Assembly: GCF_011386835.1 (NCBI RefSeq)
Contig: NC_088804.1
Coordinates: 11,842,001 to 11,906,000, forward strand
DNA: 64,000 nt
Direction of reading: 5' to 3'
From: Chrysemys picta bellii
Taxonomy: Eukaryota
Part shown: positions 43,301 to 55,030 of the stretch, one piece after another
Layout: every line of letters starts with the position of its first letter
Numbering within the stretch: position 1 is the first letter of the stretch
Program-made: the position numbers and the translations under genes
Notes under the pieces: model-generated
Database searches by the model: none
What the model was told of the DNA's origin: nothing
The model's input: only the letters and a program-made list of their open reading frames with translations

Positions 43301-45552
43301 TTAAAGTCTGTAGGTGTAGAATCTGCCATGTTCAGGTGCTCTGTACCGACTGGGGGCATACAAGACAGTCTGTCAACATTCAGTCCAGGTGGTAAGAAAT
43401 TTTTTTGGTTAGCTGATAAGTCCAAAAACATTTGGAAAAATTCTTTCAATCCAAAACAATGTTTTATTTAAATTTCAAGCTTTTCTACCTTTAATTTAAA
43501 AAATAAACTTAAAAGTAATTTTGAAATGAAATATTTTGAAAATATCAAACATTTTGACTCTCTCTTTTTTAATTGTAAATGGTTTTTCAACTGAAACAAT
43601 TAGCCAATATTGACAAATTCTTTAAATGATTTGGTTGATCCAAATCTGCATTGTTTGGGGGGGCAGGGGAGGGGAGACCAAAAAAAAAAAGTCAGAATTT
43701 TACCAGGCTCTACCAGATGGGGTGATTTTGTTCGTGGTGGTTCTTTATCAATGGATCAGAAAAGTTCTGAACGTCTCAAAGAATTTCAAAAAGACTTAGT
43801 GGGTGGTAAAGCTTAGTTGGTCAGACCGTTTCCAGGTTCTGTCTCGCTGTACAGAGAGAGCTTAAGGAGATGCAGGGCACATGCACAGCCCCGACAGACA
43901 CTGCTATTCAAGCCTCTGGTCTCATGTACATAAGGGGCATATGTACCTACAGTGGGATCCGCACTGATACATACACTAAGAAGAACTGAGAAATCTGCTG
44001 ATAAAGAACATCTTCCCCATTCTTTTAAAAAGAGTTCAAACATATACAATTCGTAGTCTCCCAGCCACTGCGGGGCTTTTTATTCTATTTTATATAGTTT
44101 GTTTTACTTTCCAGCATCATGTATCATTTCATGAAACAATGCATATAACATAGCAAGCACTATATATGGTAGTAGCCGAAGAAGTGGAACATGTTTTTAA
44201 AATAGGACAAGCAATATTTTCTAAACAGAGCATAAACTTATTAACAATTTATGCTGGAAATGGCAAGCAAAAATCAGGCAAAGAATCTGGGCTTCTTCCA
44301 ACTTTTTGATTTCTACTTGAACTGCTCTGTGTGATGACTGATCGGCTTCACTTAGCATGGTTTTTCAGGGTGCAGGAAGTTATTCTATTTATAAACTTTT
44401 ATTATGATTTTCTGGTGTGTTACAATGAGTCTCAGAAAACACTATACCTTTGGATTCTGGGAAATATCTTGTTATAGGAGCAGGTCAAAAATCAGAAACT
44501 TGGTATTTCAAAGTTTGTTTTTGTCCCCAAGTTGGGATGAAAAATTCAAAATTTTTCATGGACTGGACGATGTTGATTTGGGAATGTCAAAATATTTTGT
44601 GTAGACTTGGTCTGACAGTAATCTGTGTCCCCCTGAGCTGCTGAATTCAGGAGTCTCATGCCCCCAGTTCCCCTTAGGGGTCTGGTTTCTTCATGCCACT
44701 ATTGTCCTCTACAGGCCAGGGAGCCAGGCCCATAGGCAATTACCATTAGGAACTGTGGCATCTCAGTTCAACATTAATGTGTCTGCCTGATCAGAAATGT
44801 GTTTTGATTTGGGTTAATCTGACCCTAACTAAATATTTTCTTTAGATTTTCCCAACAGAAAATTGAAATATTTCCATTTTCCCACGAGAATGTTTCAATT
44901 TTGTGAAAATTATATTTTCTGTCTCAAACATTTTCATAGAAAATTCCTGACCAATTATGGTATTGTCATCAACAATTTTTTTTTTATTCTTCTTGGTGCA
45001 GCAGTGAGAGTTGCAGCGTAATATATAAAATAGTGACAGTTTTGGCTCAACAACAAATGCTTCAGAAAATAAATGGTTTATTTCTCCATTGTAGCTAATG
45101 CTTGGGAGTTGCTTTGATACCTATCGGCCTGATCTGGCATGGTGATGGGCAGTCTTAATTTTTAAACCAAAAGAGTGTAGTGGGAGCTCAGCACTACCCA
45201 GGTTCAGGTCCCAACATGCCATCAGTAAAATCTTTACTGGTGTGCAACTTTTGGTTGTGTTTCAAGAAGTGGCTGAAGAATCTATGATGTGTGGCTTTTA
45301 CAGATATCTTATTTTCTCTTTCCATCCCCTTGCTACTTGCATGACACTGTTACAAATGCAGGATGGGGAAAGATGTTTTGCTAATATGCTGCTCTTGCAC
45401 TTGATTAGAGAAACTTCCGGCACAGAACTAGGAACACCATGAGAACGACATTGAGAAAAGGAAATCGAGATAATACCTGCCAGAGCTTGCAAATGAGTGC
45501 AGGAAATGTATCCCACAATTCTTTGGTCCTGAGGTGTATTTCCCACTTGCAC
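13291..45552 (-). CDS. SMPD3: Sphingomyelin phosphodiesterase 3 (neutral sphingomyelinase 2), partial gene: six 3' coding exons; the 5' coding exon lies outside the window
   Basis: Six GT-AG exons of 76, 156, 90, 64, 163 and 102 nt join in frame: [216 protein letters not shown]. This is near-colinear with the recalled human nSMase2 C-terminus, and the DNase I-fold catalytic motifs CTHL, GD(L)N, RIDY and TDH are intact. Confidence 0.97.
13697..13828 (-). repeat. Dispersed ~130-bp repeat, copy A (inverted relative to copies B and C)
   Basis: Reverse complement AAGAGTTAGGAAATGCCAAAATTAAGGTTG...TATGCATTATGACAGTCTTGAATTACATG matches 31113-31254 and 32313-32428. Confidence 0.65.
14920..15480. repeat. 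GC-rich MITE-like repeat with internal direct and inverted motifs
   Basis: CACTCAGGTTTGGC at 15117-15130 and 15220-15233, and its reverse complement GCCAAACCTGAGTG at 15409-15422. Boundaries are approximate. Confidence 0.4.
16133..16317 (-). mobile_element. tRNA-derived tortoise Pol III SINE with CR1-like 3' end
   Basis: Minus strand GGGGGGAGGGATAGCTCAGTGG (A box)...GTGAGTTCAGCC (B-box-like)...GGACTCGATGACCTGTCAAGGTCCCTTCCAG (tail shared with CR1). Confidence 0.85.
16671..16833 (-). CDS. SMPD3: SMPD3 coding exon (exon 8 equivalent), 163 nt, phase 2 to 0
   Basis: tgtaaaccag|GGTGCTGGAA...TGGAAAGTG|gtgagt; encodes (K)[54 protein letters not shown]. Confidence 0.96.
20730..20903. repeat. Long inverted repeat (hairpin MITE-like)
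   Basis: Arm TATTTACAGTTGCAGATTTGCCTGTGCAGGCCAAATAGACCCCTCTTTTACTTGCA (20730-20785) pairs with TGCATGTAAGAGAGGGGTCATTTGGCCTGCTCAGGCAAATCTGCAAATGTAAATA (20849-20903). Confidence 0.75.
22461..22524 (-). CDS. SMPD3: SMPD3 coding exon (exon 7 equivalent), 64 nt, phase 1 to 2
   Basis: tttttgttcacag|GTACCTTG...CTACAGAA|gtatgc; encodes (G)[20 protein letters not shown](K). Confidence 0.96.
23008..24835 (-). mobile_element. 5'-truncated CR1 LINE (RT domain plus 3' tail) in SMPD3 intron 6
   Basis: ORFs 24344-24859 ([25 protein letters not shown]) and 23227-24354 ([39 protein letters not shown]-type C-terminus) are separated by a frameshift. The (TTCTTATG)n-type tail is at ~23010. Confidence 0.93.
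25469..25558 (-). CDS. SMPD3: SMPD3 coding exon (exon 6 equivalent), 90 nt, phase 1 to 1
   Basis: ctttccttgcag|AGGACAAG...TGGGCAGTTG|gtaagg; encodes (E)[29 protein letters not shown](G). Found by reading the sequence; the ORF track does not show it in this frame. Confidence 0.96.
26464..26592. mobile_element. PIF/Harbinger-type palindromic MITE with TTA TSD
   Basis: TTA|GGGCCAGATTTTTTAAAGGTA...TACCTTTTAAAAACCTGTCCC|TTA, inserted into an older SINE tail. Confidence 0.7.
31113..31254 (+). repeat. Dispersed ~130-bp repeat, copy B
   Basis: TTAAGGTTGCAAAGTCAAG...AAATGCCAGAATTAAAGTTGCC...TATGCATTATGATATAG. Confidence 0.65.
31664..31819 (-). CDS. SMPD3: SMPD3 coding exon (exon 5 equivalent), 156 nt, phase 1 to 1
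   Basis: cttcccgtag|GAGACACT...TGCTCATCTG|gtgaga; encodes (G)[21 protein letters not shown]...[14 protein letters not shown]. Confidence 0.97.
32313..32428 (+). repeat. Dispersed ~130-bp repeat, copy C (internally deleted)
   Basis: TTAAGGTTGCAAAGTAAAG...AGAATTAAGGCTGCATATGCATTATGATACAGTCTTTAATTACATGATCAC. Confidence 0.65.
34368..34723 (-). mobile_element. Internal CR1 ORF2 fragment, truncated at both ends, inside the hAT composite
   Basis: Encodes [33 protein letters not shown]...[28 protein letters not shown] and stops before the CR1 3'UTR and tail. Confidence 0.85.
35430..35660. promoter_or_regulatory. CpG-rich promoter/5'UTR-like segment (cargo of the hAT composite)
   Basis: About 9-10 CpGs in ~170 bp (e.g. 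CTCCGCGAGCAGCGGCAGCCCGGGG, AGCCGAGCCGCCGCTCTGCTCCGGGGG) against a CpG-poor background. Function is unproven. Confidence 0.4.
37520..37665. mobile_element. Second-family Penelope-like remnant with short fold-back
   Basis: GTAGCCATGCTGGTCCC...GGTGAGGTAATATCTTTTATTGGACCAA...AATATAAGATATTTCCTCACC; GGTGAGG.AATATCTT is repeated in inverted form. Confidence 0.5.
38880..41335 (-). mobile_element. DIRS-type (tyrosine recombinase) retrotransposon 5' fragment: ITR plus decayed gag/ORF1
   Basis: Minus strand starts CTTCTTCAAGTAGTGTCCCC. At 40970-40830 it encodes [41 protein letters not shown], a Cys/His finger typical of vertebrate DIRS gag, with the initiator ATG changed to [14 protein letters not shown] (~39030) is a LAP2alpha-like gag motif. 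No RT or YR seen. Confidence 0.7.
45477..45552 (-). CDS. SMPD3: SMPD3 coding exon (human exon 4 equivalent), 76 nt, phase 0 to 1
   Basis: Minus strand reads ttctttcttcctttcttag|GTGCAAGTGGGA...GCTCTGGCAG|gtatta and encodes [25 protein letters not shown](G). Confidence 0.96.
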
Positions 45553-46584
45553 CTAAGAAAGGAAGAAAGAAGGCTGTTAATGAACATGTCACTACTATGG
45601 TCAAGGCCCTCTGTCCTGTGCGGAATACAAGATTTCAGTTGTTCAATAGGAGCTCTTGAGTTACACCCCTGAAAATACGCCTTCCCTCTCTCATCCAATG
45701 CCACTTTAAGCACTTAAATGGATCTAAGAGAGACAAAAACCACAGGAGATTTTGCTTTAATAGACGTCCTACTTGTCCTGTCTGTTCACTGCCTAACTTC
45801 TTCTCTGTCCACTGCTACTTCAAACTGCAAAGCATTCCCTGTTACTCTCTCTTGCCCGTCCACATCTCAGTGGTTATCTGCCTGCAAACAACTTGCCAGC
45901 CCCAAGCCTCCCAGGCCCTCCTGGCGTGTGCAGGATTAAAGCCCCACGCAGAAGCACCCCATGAGACTAAGTAGCAGTCTCCACACACACAAAAATCTAG
46001 ACATTTACAGAAAACTGGAATTCAGAAAAAGAGAAGGAGGCTTTGGAAAACAAAACAAAACTATACACTATTTTCTCTATTTCACTATGTTTTCCCATTA
46101 TTTTCTCTATTGCCCAGTACTGTTTTTTGTTGATGGGGGAGAGGGAGTAAAGGTATTGGAGAGTTTTGCTTTGTGTTTCAATGAGACATTTACATTTTCC
46201 TCCTGCAGATTTTCACAGCAGCAGCCTCTGTACCTGTCAACCAGAGCAGGGAAAATGTAAATTTTTTCCTCACTCTTCTAGATTCCCCCCCAACTAGGGC
46301 ATTCCAGACCCTCTAAAACACAGGTAGGGGATTCTTCCTTACAAGGGTTTACTTCCATGGTAGGTGTAGAGGGGGTTTCGGAAGCCCATTTTGCTACAGT
46401 GTAATGTACTCCATCTCTCCCACACACACGTTAGACTGTAGGTCTGTAAGACAAACCTCTTGGAGGACACACAGGCACTAGAACTAAAGTTGTGCTTTAT
46501 TCTTTTAATCTTAATTAGCACTAGATCTGACTCAGTCTTATTCAGCCACCAAATAATAGTGGTGAATAAAGAAAGATAATAAAG

Positions 46585-48302
46585 AAGAGATTTAAAAATA
46601 TATTAGGAACAAAAAGAATCCTGACAATGGTATTGGTCCATTACTAGATGGAAATGCTAGAATTATCAATAATAATGAAGAACAGGCACAAGTGCTCAAT
46701 AAATATTTCTGTTCTGTATTTGGGGGGGAAAAAAGATGGTATCGTCTCATCAGATAGTGATAACATACTTTCCTTTCCACTGGCATCTTGGGAGGATGTT
46801 AAACATCAGCTACAAAAGATAGACATTTTAAAATCAGGATGTCTAGGTAATTTGCATCCAAGAGTTTAAAAAGAGTTGGATGAGGAGCTTGCTGGAACAT
46901 TAATACTGATTTTCAATAAGTCTTGATGCACTGGAGAAGTTCCAGAAGACTGGAAGAAAGCTAATGTGCTAGATTTTTAAAAAGAGTAAATGGAATGAGC
47001 CAAGTAAGTATAGGCCTGCCACCCTGTCCTTGATCACAAGCAAGATAATACAGCGGCTGTTACAAGACTCTATTAATAAAGAACTAAAGAAGGATAATGT
47101 AATTAATGCAAAACAACATAGGTTTATGGAAAATAGATCCTGTCTAACTAACTTGATTCCTTTTTTTATGAGATTACAAGTTTGGTTGTAAAAGTAATAG
47201 TGTTGATATAATATACTTAGATGTCTGCAAGGTGTTGAATTGGTACTGCAGGATGTTGATTAAAAACTAGAATGATGTAAAATGAACATGGCACATATAA
47301 ATGGATTAAAAACTGGGAATCAGCCTCAAGTAGATGTGTTTCCAGTGGGGTCCCAATGGACCAGTTCTTAGCCCTACATTATTTAACAATTTTATCAGCA
47401 ATCTGGAAGAAAATATAACATCATCACAGATAAAATTTGCAGATGACACAAAAATTGGGGGAGTGGTAAATGAAGAGGACAGATCATTTATTCAGAGTGA
47501 TCTGGATCACTTGGTAAACTGCGTGCAAGCAAACAATATGAGTTTTAATATGGCTAAATTTAGGAACAAAGAATGAAGGCCATACTCACAGGATGGGGGA
47601 CTCTATCATGGGAAGCAGTGACTGAAAAACATTTGAGGGGTAGATAATCAGCTGAACATGAGCATCCAGTGTGACTGTGACCGGAAGAGACAATGCTATC
47701 TTGGGATGCATAAGCAGGGGAATCTCGAGTAGGAGTAGAGAAGTTATTTCACCTCTGTATTTGGCACTGGTGTGACCACTGCTCAAATACTATGCCCAGT
47801 TCTGGTACCCACAATTCAAGAATGATATTGATAAATTGGAGAGGATTCAGAAAAGAGCCATGAGAATGATTAAAGGATTAGAAAACATGCCTTATAATGA
47901 TAGACTCACAAACCTCAATTTATTTAGTTTAAAAAGGAGAAGGTTAAGGGGTACTTTTTGATTACAGTTTGTAAGTGCCTACATGGGGAAAACTATTTAA
48001 TAATGGCCTCTTCCATCTAGCAGAGAAAGGTATAATGAGAGCCAATGGTTGGAACCTGAAGCTAGACAAATTCAGACTAGAAAAAAGGTGTACATTTTTA
48101 AATGTGAGAGTAATTAACCATTGGAACAATCTACCGGGGGTCATGGTGGATTCTCCATCAATGACAATTTTAAAATCAAGATTGGATTTTTTTTAAAAAG
48201 ATTTGTTCTAGGTATTATTTTGGGGGGAATTCTATTGCCTATGTTGTACAGGAGACCAGACTAGATGATCATAATAGTCTCTTCTGGCCTTAGAATCTAT
48301 GA
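46585..48302 (+). mobile_element. Older, degraded 5'-truncated CR1 LINE in SMPD3 intron 3
   Basis: Fragments read LHPRV, EDWKKANV, KFADDTKIGG, YAQFWYP.., FRLEKRCTFL and end in GAATCTATG. Confidence 0.85.
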
Positions 48303-51300
48303 AGTGAGGAACTTTCCCACACTTTATATGATCTGTGTAAGGGTTAGGCAGATTTGCAGTCACTGCCTTCATGAAAGCACAAGGACTGATCATTAGCTAG
48401 TTCTTGTGGGAGCCCTGCTGTAATGGAATCATGGCTTGTTCCCCCAAAGTACTGGCCAGCTGTACCCAAAGATGAGGAAGTACGCTACACTCCTTAAAAG
48501 AGTACAATAATGTGGACACTCCTCCTAGGAGTCTGAAAACTTCTCCCCGTAGAGTGGTGCATCTTTGTAAAACCCCAATGAGGGCATGTGGTCAGCAGAC
48601 ACAACTTAGCCCTTAATGGGGAAATAGTCATCAATGGCAAGACTAAGATGAAACCTACCAGCTATGCTTTATAGACGGAGGGCACATATACTGCATGCAA
48701 ATCAAACCAACCCTCTACCAGATTTCTAGAGAGTAGAATTCTGAGGAAGGTCTGCTTGCATAGAACTTATGAACACAGAACATAATAATACAAGAGAACA
48801 TCATGAAAATCACTTGATAGACAATGACTTCAGATGGATTTTTTAAAAACTGAATAAGGGTGGAGCATGTGTACAGAATATGATCTGGCCCCATTGAAGT
48901 TAACGCCAAAACTCCCACCAACTTAAATGAGATCAGGATTTGGCCCTAGATGAATGGAACAGAGAAGCTGCTGCAGGTGCTTGATTTTCCTGCTCAGGAT
49001 TTAAAACAATACAGTACCGCTATCAAAGAAAATTCCTGGTAGGGAAAGTTTTATCAGAGCCTCAAAAAAATAAAACCCATAGCTTTGCTGATGACTCCTG
49101 TATCACTGGACTTGATGAAGCCACCTTAAATTTCATCTGACACCCTTAAATAAAAATGTAACTTGGTTTTAAGAGGAGTAGAGTTTTGTCCATTTATTTG
49201 GATTTTTCAGCTTCTCCAACTGTCTGAGAAATATCCTATTAATTTTACAGGCTTTGCAGGCAGTGAATTTACAGGTCATTTATGCTTGATAATGTCCTGT
49301 CAATGTTCATTATTTTTCCGTCTGGAAAAAGAAGGCACATAATAAAAATCTTACATTGCTCTGGGCCTAGCTTCCTCACTCATCTTTTAACCAGTTTTCC
49401 AACTGGACTTTGGGAGCTCATTACCGTTCACACACAGTTAACTACTCTAAAGATCATTTCCAGCTAAGTGATGCTTTTCTATAGAGATGCTATGCTGAGA
49501 CTATAGGTGGCTTTATGGAAAGTGTTTTTAATATAATAGTATATAAATTCCTATAGAAACTACTTTCATTGCCCTAGATGGGTTACACTTGCACAGAGGT
49601 AGAGAAATTCAGTGTTCAGACTTTGTGTTCTTAATTGAAGTGGAAGGGGAACGAAGACAGGGGAGGTTTGGAATTAACTCAGCAGTTTTACCCCAAAGCC
49701 AGTGGATCCTTGCAGATCCACACGGATATGAGGGAATCCTGGCTGGATGCCACGAACTCTTGCAGGAGCCTTACTGCAGTTGTTCCTGCAGGCTGCCTCA
49801 TTACATACACACCATTTTTCACGTACACATTAAATGAGAGTCTTATGCAGCAGGTGCAGCGCCAATACAACATTGTGGGGTTGTTAGTTTAAGAACAGCA
49901 AGCCTCTATCCTATAATACAAACCAGGGCACAATATATATTTTTCAAGCCATCTAACTGCAGCCAAGCAAAACTATCAAAAAGGACATCTTCACCTCTAG
50001 AGTTTCTGGCAAATTACACATTTCTCCCACATCTGAGGAGAGACGAGCCTCCCACTCTGCCCTGCAAAGGGAAAAACAGAAGTTGCAAAATTGTTCTTTA
50101 TTGTGGCAAGAGTGTACACTTCACACCTCTGTGTCCAAAACTGGCGGAACCATTTTCACTTTCAGGCTGTGACCAAACGTGGAAAGTTTCAGTCTGAAAG
50201 GTCAGTCTGAGTAAGTTTTATAGCCAGCTGAAAAGGCCTGTTAGAATGAAATCATTTATGCCACATTACCTTTATAATTGATCTGAGAAGCACAACTATG
50301 ATTTATGTATGTACACGTAATTGTATTTACATTATATATCAAACTGTATTTTATACACATATCTCACACCGAAACAAAAAGTACAAGCATAATATGTATG
50401 TGTGTGAACAGAAATGAAAGAGGTCTCTCTAGCTGTTTTTGAAGTTCCAAAAAAAAAAAAAAATAGTACCAAGTAACAGCCAAAAAGTTAACATGGCCAA
50501 TATTTCCATGGAAAGTATCAATGTTCAAGTGCTTGCTGAATAGTCCTTTTCCCAAACTTAAAATTCTGCCATTTTGTAACAGGGAGCTGATTTTTCTGTT
50601 TCACTGAGTGGCACCATTACCCTAAACTATTGGGCAGGATCTCTGTAAGCAGACGTGATGGAAGAAAAGAGCCATGGTTACAACGGGAAAACAAAATTCT
50701 TATAACCTCTAGCCCAGTACAGCAAAAAACCCCAGCAAACTAATTATTATTAAATAAAATTTGATTACATACTCTATTTGTTATTCTGTAAATGAAAAAG
50801 CACTAAAGTATGGACAGCCACGATAGTAATACTGTGGAGGTCTAGTAGCTAACCCTATAATTCTACACATAAGCAGTGCATTGTTTTGCTGAATACTGCG
50901 CCTCCTCTGAGAGTGCTCCATTTTAATGCCTGTATTATATTGTGAGAACGCCATCTGGACAGCTCTGCAGGCAGGACAGTGGGAAAACAACCCAGAGCAT
51001 TCACTGTCCTTGCAACACAGATCTTGATGTGTTAGTTTAGCTGTGGAAGGAGTTTCCACCTTCACAGAACTCAGTCATGTGGTCAGTATTTGACCAGCAG
51101 ATTGCTCAAGTCTGGGACAAGAAATAAGTGTCTATTTCTGGTTCTTGCTGCCAAACACAGAAGGTGCTCTCTAATCCACTTTTGTAGAGAAAATAGCAAT
51201 TATACTAGGGCAACCCAATTCAAAATCACCCAAATAGGAATTAACTTTACCTGAACTGCATTGTTGGTGCTAGAAGGTCAGTATCAGAACAGATAATCTA

Positions 51301-52610
51301 GAAGACTGTCCCACGAGGCATTATCCTACACAGTGTTTTCCAAAAATGTCAGATAGACCGCAGGCTAAAGTTCACATAAACCCTGTTTACTGAACCCAGG
51401 GCCCAATCTTCCCACCTTTCCTTTGAAAATATTGTAGTCTATTCAATGGGACTATTAGCAAAGTAAGATACACTCACTGTGCATAAGAATGGGGATGTGG
51501 GACCCCCAAGAGCCTAGATTACAAAACAAAATAGTAGCGTCTGGACAGTGCGATTGCAGACCACATCCCAAAGCACCACAATTAGAGTCCATGGACTATT
51601 CACATAGTAAAGGATGGAGCATTTAAGCAATAGCTTTTAAAGTGCCCTTTCGTATGTTTCAGGTTGAAGGGTGATAAGTGTCAAATATGACCACTGTCAC
51701 AACACAACTGATTTTCATATCATGTGACTATTAGCCTGACAGCAGGAAATATCTTGGGTTCTCTCACTAAAACAAATGTTTGGTGTCAATAATCTCAGGA
51801 ATGGCCTTTCAGTCCCCCTTTCTGTCTTGTTACAGAGAATATTTTACAGCACATATGAACTTAAAGGAAAAATCTTGCTCTGATCAATGCAAGAGTAAGA
51901 ACCCCAAATTAGGCAGTTTTGGAAAACTATATTACGGGCTACACTATGGCTCTAATACAGCTGCACAGGGCAATATGGGAGAGTAAGACCCTTAACTCTA
52001 GTTGCATTAGAACTGCCCAGATTGTGATTCCAGGTGTGGGGACGAGACCAGGGTTCCATTTTTGATGTTCCCCACTGTGAAGCTGGCAAGACATGAGAAG
52101 GGAGTATGCTGTGCTCTACAGGCCTGTACCAGATTACTTCTGCCTCAGCACCAGCTCAGAGGACCACAGGAATTGCATTGCAGAGGGGTGCCTGAAGTAC
52201 ACAGTGCCTCTCAGGGCTACACTCCTGCAGTGGTGCCATTTTCACACCAACCCTTGCTCTGGAATGTGCCTAAAGGCAAAACATAAATGCATAATTTATT
52301 GTCACCTGCCACTGCAACCTTGTATTGAGTCTCCTGTTATAATGGCATGGGATTGTGAAGAAGTACCTGAAACTGCATCCCATGCAAATTCAAAATCCCA
52401 TTGCAGTATCAGGCTCAATATTTGCTCATGTGGACATTTCTGAAGTGTATCTATATGAGATATAGACTCCTTCTCAAACTGTATCTACTAGGGAAAATTC
52501 CAATAAACTAATATTAAAATATGCCTTTAAAGATTCCAAACCATTTTTGGTTAGGTAAACCACAGCAAGAGGAGCTAATTTATAATGGCCATACATAGAT
52601 ACATACATAC

Positions 52611-52828
52611 CTACAAAAACAACGAGGAGTCCGGTGGCACCTTACAGACTAACAGATTTATTTGGGCATAAGCTTTTGTGGGTAAAAGACCCACTCCATG
52701 CATCTGAAGAAGTGGGCTTTTTACCCACGAAAGCTTATGCCCAAATAAATCTGTTAGTCTTTAAGGTGCTACCAGACTCCTCTTTGTTTTTGTGGATACA
52801 AACTAACACGGCTACCCCCTTATACTTG
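52611..52828. mobile_element. Penelope-like fold-back insertion with 10-bp TSD
   Basis: Inverted arms GGAGTCCGGTGGCACCTTACAGACTAACAGATTTATTTGGGCATAAGC and GCTTATGCCCAAATAAATCTGTTAGTCTTTAAGGTGCTACCAGACTCC. ACATACATAC at 52601-52610 and 52829-52838. Confidence 0.8.
52700..52740 (+). ncRNA. Minimal type I hammerhead ribozyme motif with intact core
   Basis: GCAT-CTGAAGA-A-GTGGG(CTTTTTA)CCCAC-GAA-AGCT-T-ATGC. It has CUGANGA and GAAA, stem I GCAT/ATGC, and a predicted cleavage after CUU at 52736. Confidence 0.7.
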
Positions 52829-54639
52829 ACATACATACATACATCCTGCTAAATTCTGATGTTATCTAAAGCTGAATTAAAGTTGAGAGAATGTGTATGT
52901 GATTGAATAAAGTGTCCTGCTTATATAATTGTACATTGACAAATGCAAAATTAGTACCTCTCTCAGTATTATACTGCAACATATAAAACATGTTCCAGTT
53001 CATAGTACATCTGCAAAGGTAAAACAAGATATAAATGCACACTCATTAATCAAACATTAGGACAGGTATGGAAACATCCAAGGACAGATTCTCATCTCTG
53101 TTACGCCATTGGAAATCTGAAGCTTGTTAGTTACTCAGCAAATAAGACTCTGAAAAGAGCTTTTTATTTCAAAAAGGGTTTAGGAGGCAATTCTGCTAGG
53201 AAACAAGCATAAGTCTCTGTTGCTCCTTGTTTACATTGGACCTTCACTTGTGAACTATTAAATCAGTAAACAGCTCTGCAGCCTTCATTTTCATTCCCAG
53301 GAGACTGAAATCAATAAAAAGCCCTAGAAAGGGGATTCCTTCTTTTCCTACACCACTCCCCAAAATACCATAGCATTGAGTCGGGTCTAACAGAATAAGA
53401 CATTGATTTCCGAGAAGCCCCAAGTTGGAAAAGGGGAGAAAACAATGTAATGCTGCAAATCCCTCCAAAAGACAGGAACTGTGTGATGCAGTATACATCC
53501 AGCACCCTCTGTTATGGGTGAGAAAAATCATTCATTTGATAGGCTTTGGCTGCCCATTCAGATTCTAAATTTGCCTTTATAATGAATAACAAAACACAAG
53601 CTGTCATAGTGACATGAGTTAATTTGAAGATCTGCCTCCAAATGATAGAACTCCATGATAAATTTGCCTAACATCATGGCAAAACTCCAGTCAGTTACCT
53701 TAATACAGCAAGGTAAGACTAGCTCAAACTGACAAGCACAGTGGTTTGAGATTACAGCAATACTACTCTCTCCTTAACAACAAAAATTGTGTTTAGGAGC
53801 ACTGCTGTTCAAACAAACTACTCAAACAGGGGCTTTCCATTCTGATATATAAGTAGACTGAATGGTGTTATTATTTTCCATGGAAATAAAGCATCCCAGA
53901 TTAAGAACCGGAGCATGACACATAAATAGACTTTATAATATATAGCACAGTAGGCTATCACTACAGGAAAATCCTCCTAATTATATTTTGTCAACGTGGC
54001 TCAAATGCAAGGGAATACTGAGAAATCTCGAGAAGAACACAAAGTGTGAGTTTGAACTATGAGTTATAGACAGAGCTATTGAGAAAGGGAGAAAGAGTCT
54101 GCATATGTATAAATAAAAGCTAAATATCTATCTATCTATAAAAGCTAATAGTAATAGATGCATATTGAGAGACAACGCACATAATAAAGGGAAAAAACGG
54201 GAGTATCTAATTTATCCCTGTGATTGGAGTAAGAATATTCCATGATAGTAATCTCTCAAATTGTTTCAACAAATCACCTAATGAATACTTCTATCAATAG
54301 TGCCTCAACCATTTCCCATGGAAAAACATTCTCTAAGAGACATGCCTAATCCAGGGAAACTGACCAGCATATCTGAGCAATTTCTCTGCAGTAGACAAAC
54401 CCTACTTCCTATTGTTGAGAGATGTTTTCTATCTTCTTCCTTCAGTTTCTCCTTTTCTTTTTTTCAAGCAATTGCTTCTCATGAAGCTATCTCAGCTCTT
54501 GTGACTAGGCAAAGCTATTTATATACTTAATTGAAGACTTCACTTTCAGGATTGGGTTCAGAAATCTTTCATGATACTGAAGTCACAACCTGTCTTTTCA
54601 AATCACAGTCAAGAGGCAAGGCCATAAATCGAATACAAT

Positions 54640-55030
54640 ACTGAATTTGCTTTAGGCACCTAAGAGCCAGAATGGTACAAACATATTGGAAAGGATAATA
54701 GCAACAAAATGATTGCTGGGTTGGACGGATTCACTTATGAGGAATGAGTGAAGGGCTATATACACATTCCATAGCCAAGCTATATTTAAGGGGTGATATG
54801 ATGGCCATCTACAATTCCCATAAAAACCAATAATGCAGAGGGATTATTGAGAGATATAATTAAGCATAAGGGGATGAAACTACCAGAAGAGAAAATTTAG
54901 ATTGAATATCGGGAAAAATCTTCCTCATAGATCAATTAGACTGGAATAATCTCCAAGAAAAGTGGTGGAAATCCCATTGCTTGGAATATCTAAACTAGAT
55001 TAGAAAAAGCACTTAAAATATATTGCAAGA
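54640..55030 (+). mobile_element. Very old CR1 3' fragment
   Basis: Degenerate homology to the CR1 ORF2 C-terminus and 3'UTR (CACTTATGAGGAA..., AAATTTAGATTGAATATCGGGAAAAATCTTCC, GGTGGAAATCCCATTGCTTGGA). Confidence 0.55.

Noticed and set aside
13291-45552. Assignment to the paralogue SMPD5 or SMPD2
   Set aside because: Long near-identical stretches to SMPD3 ([42 protein letters not shown]) and matching exon sizes favour SMPD3.
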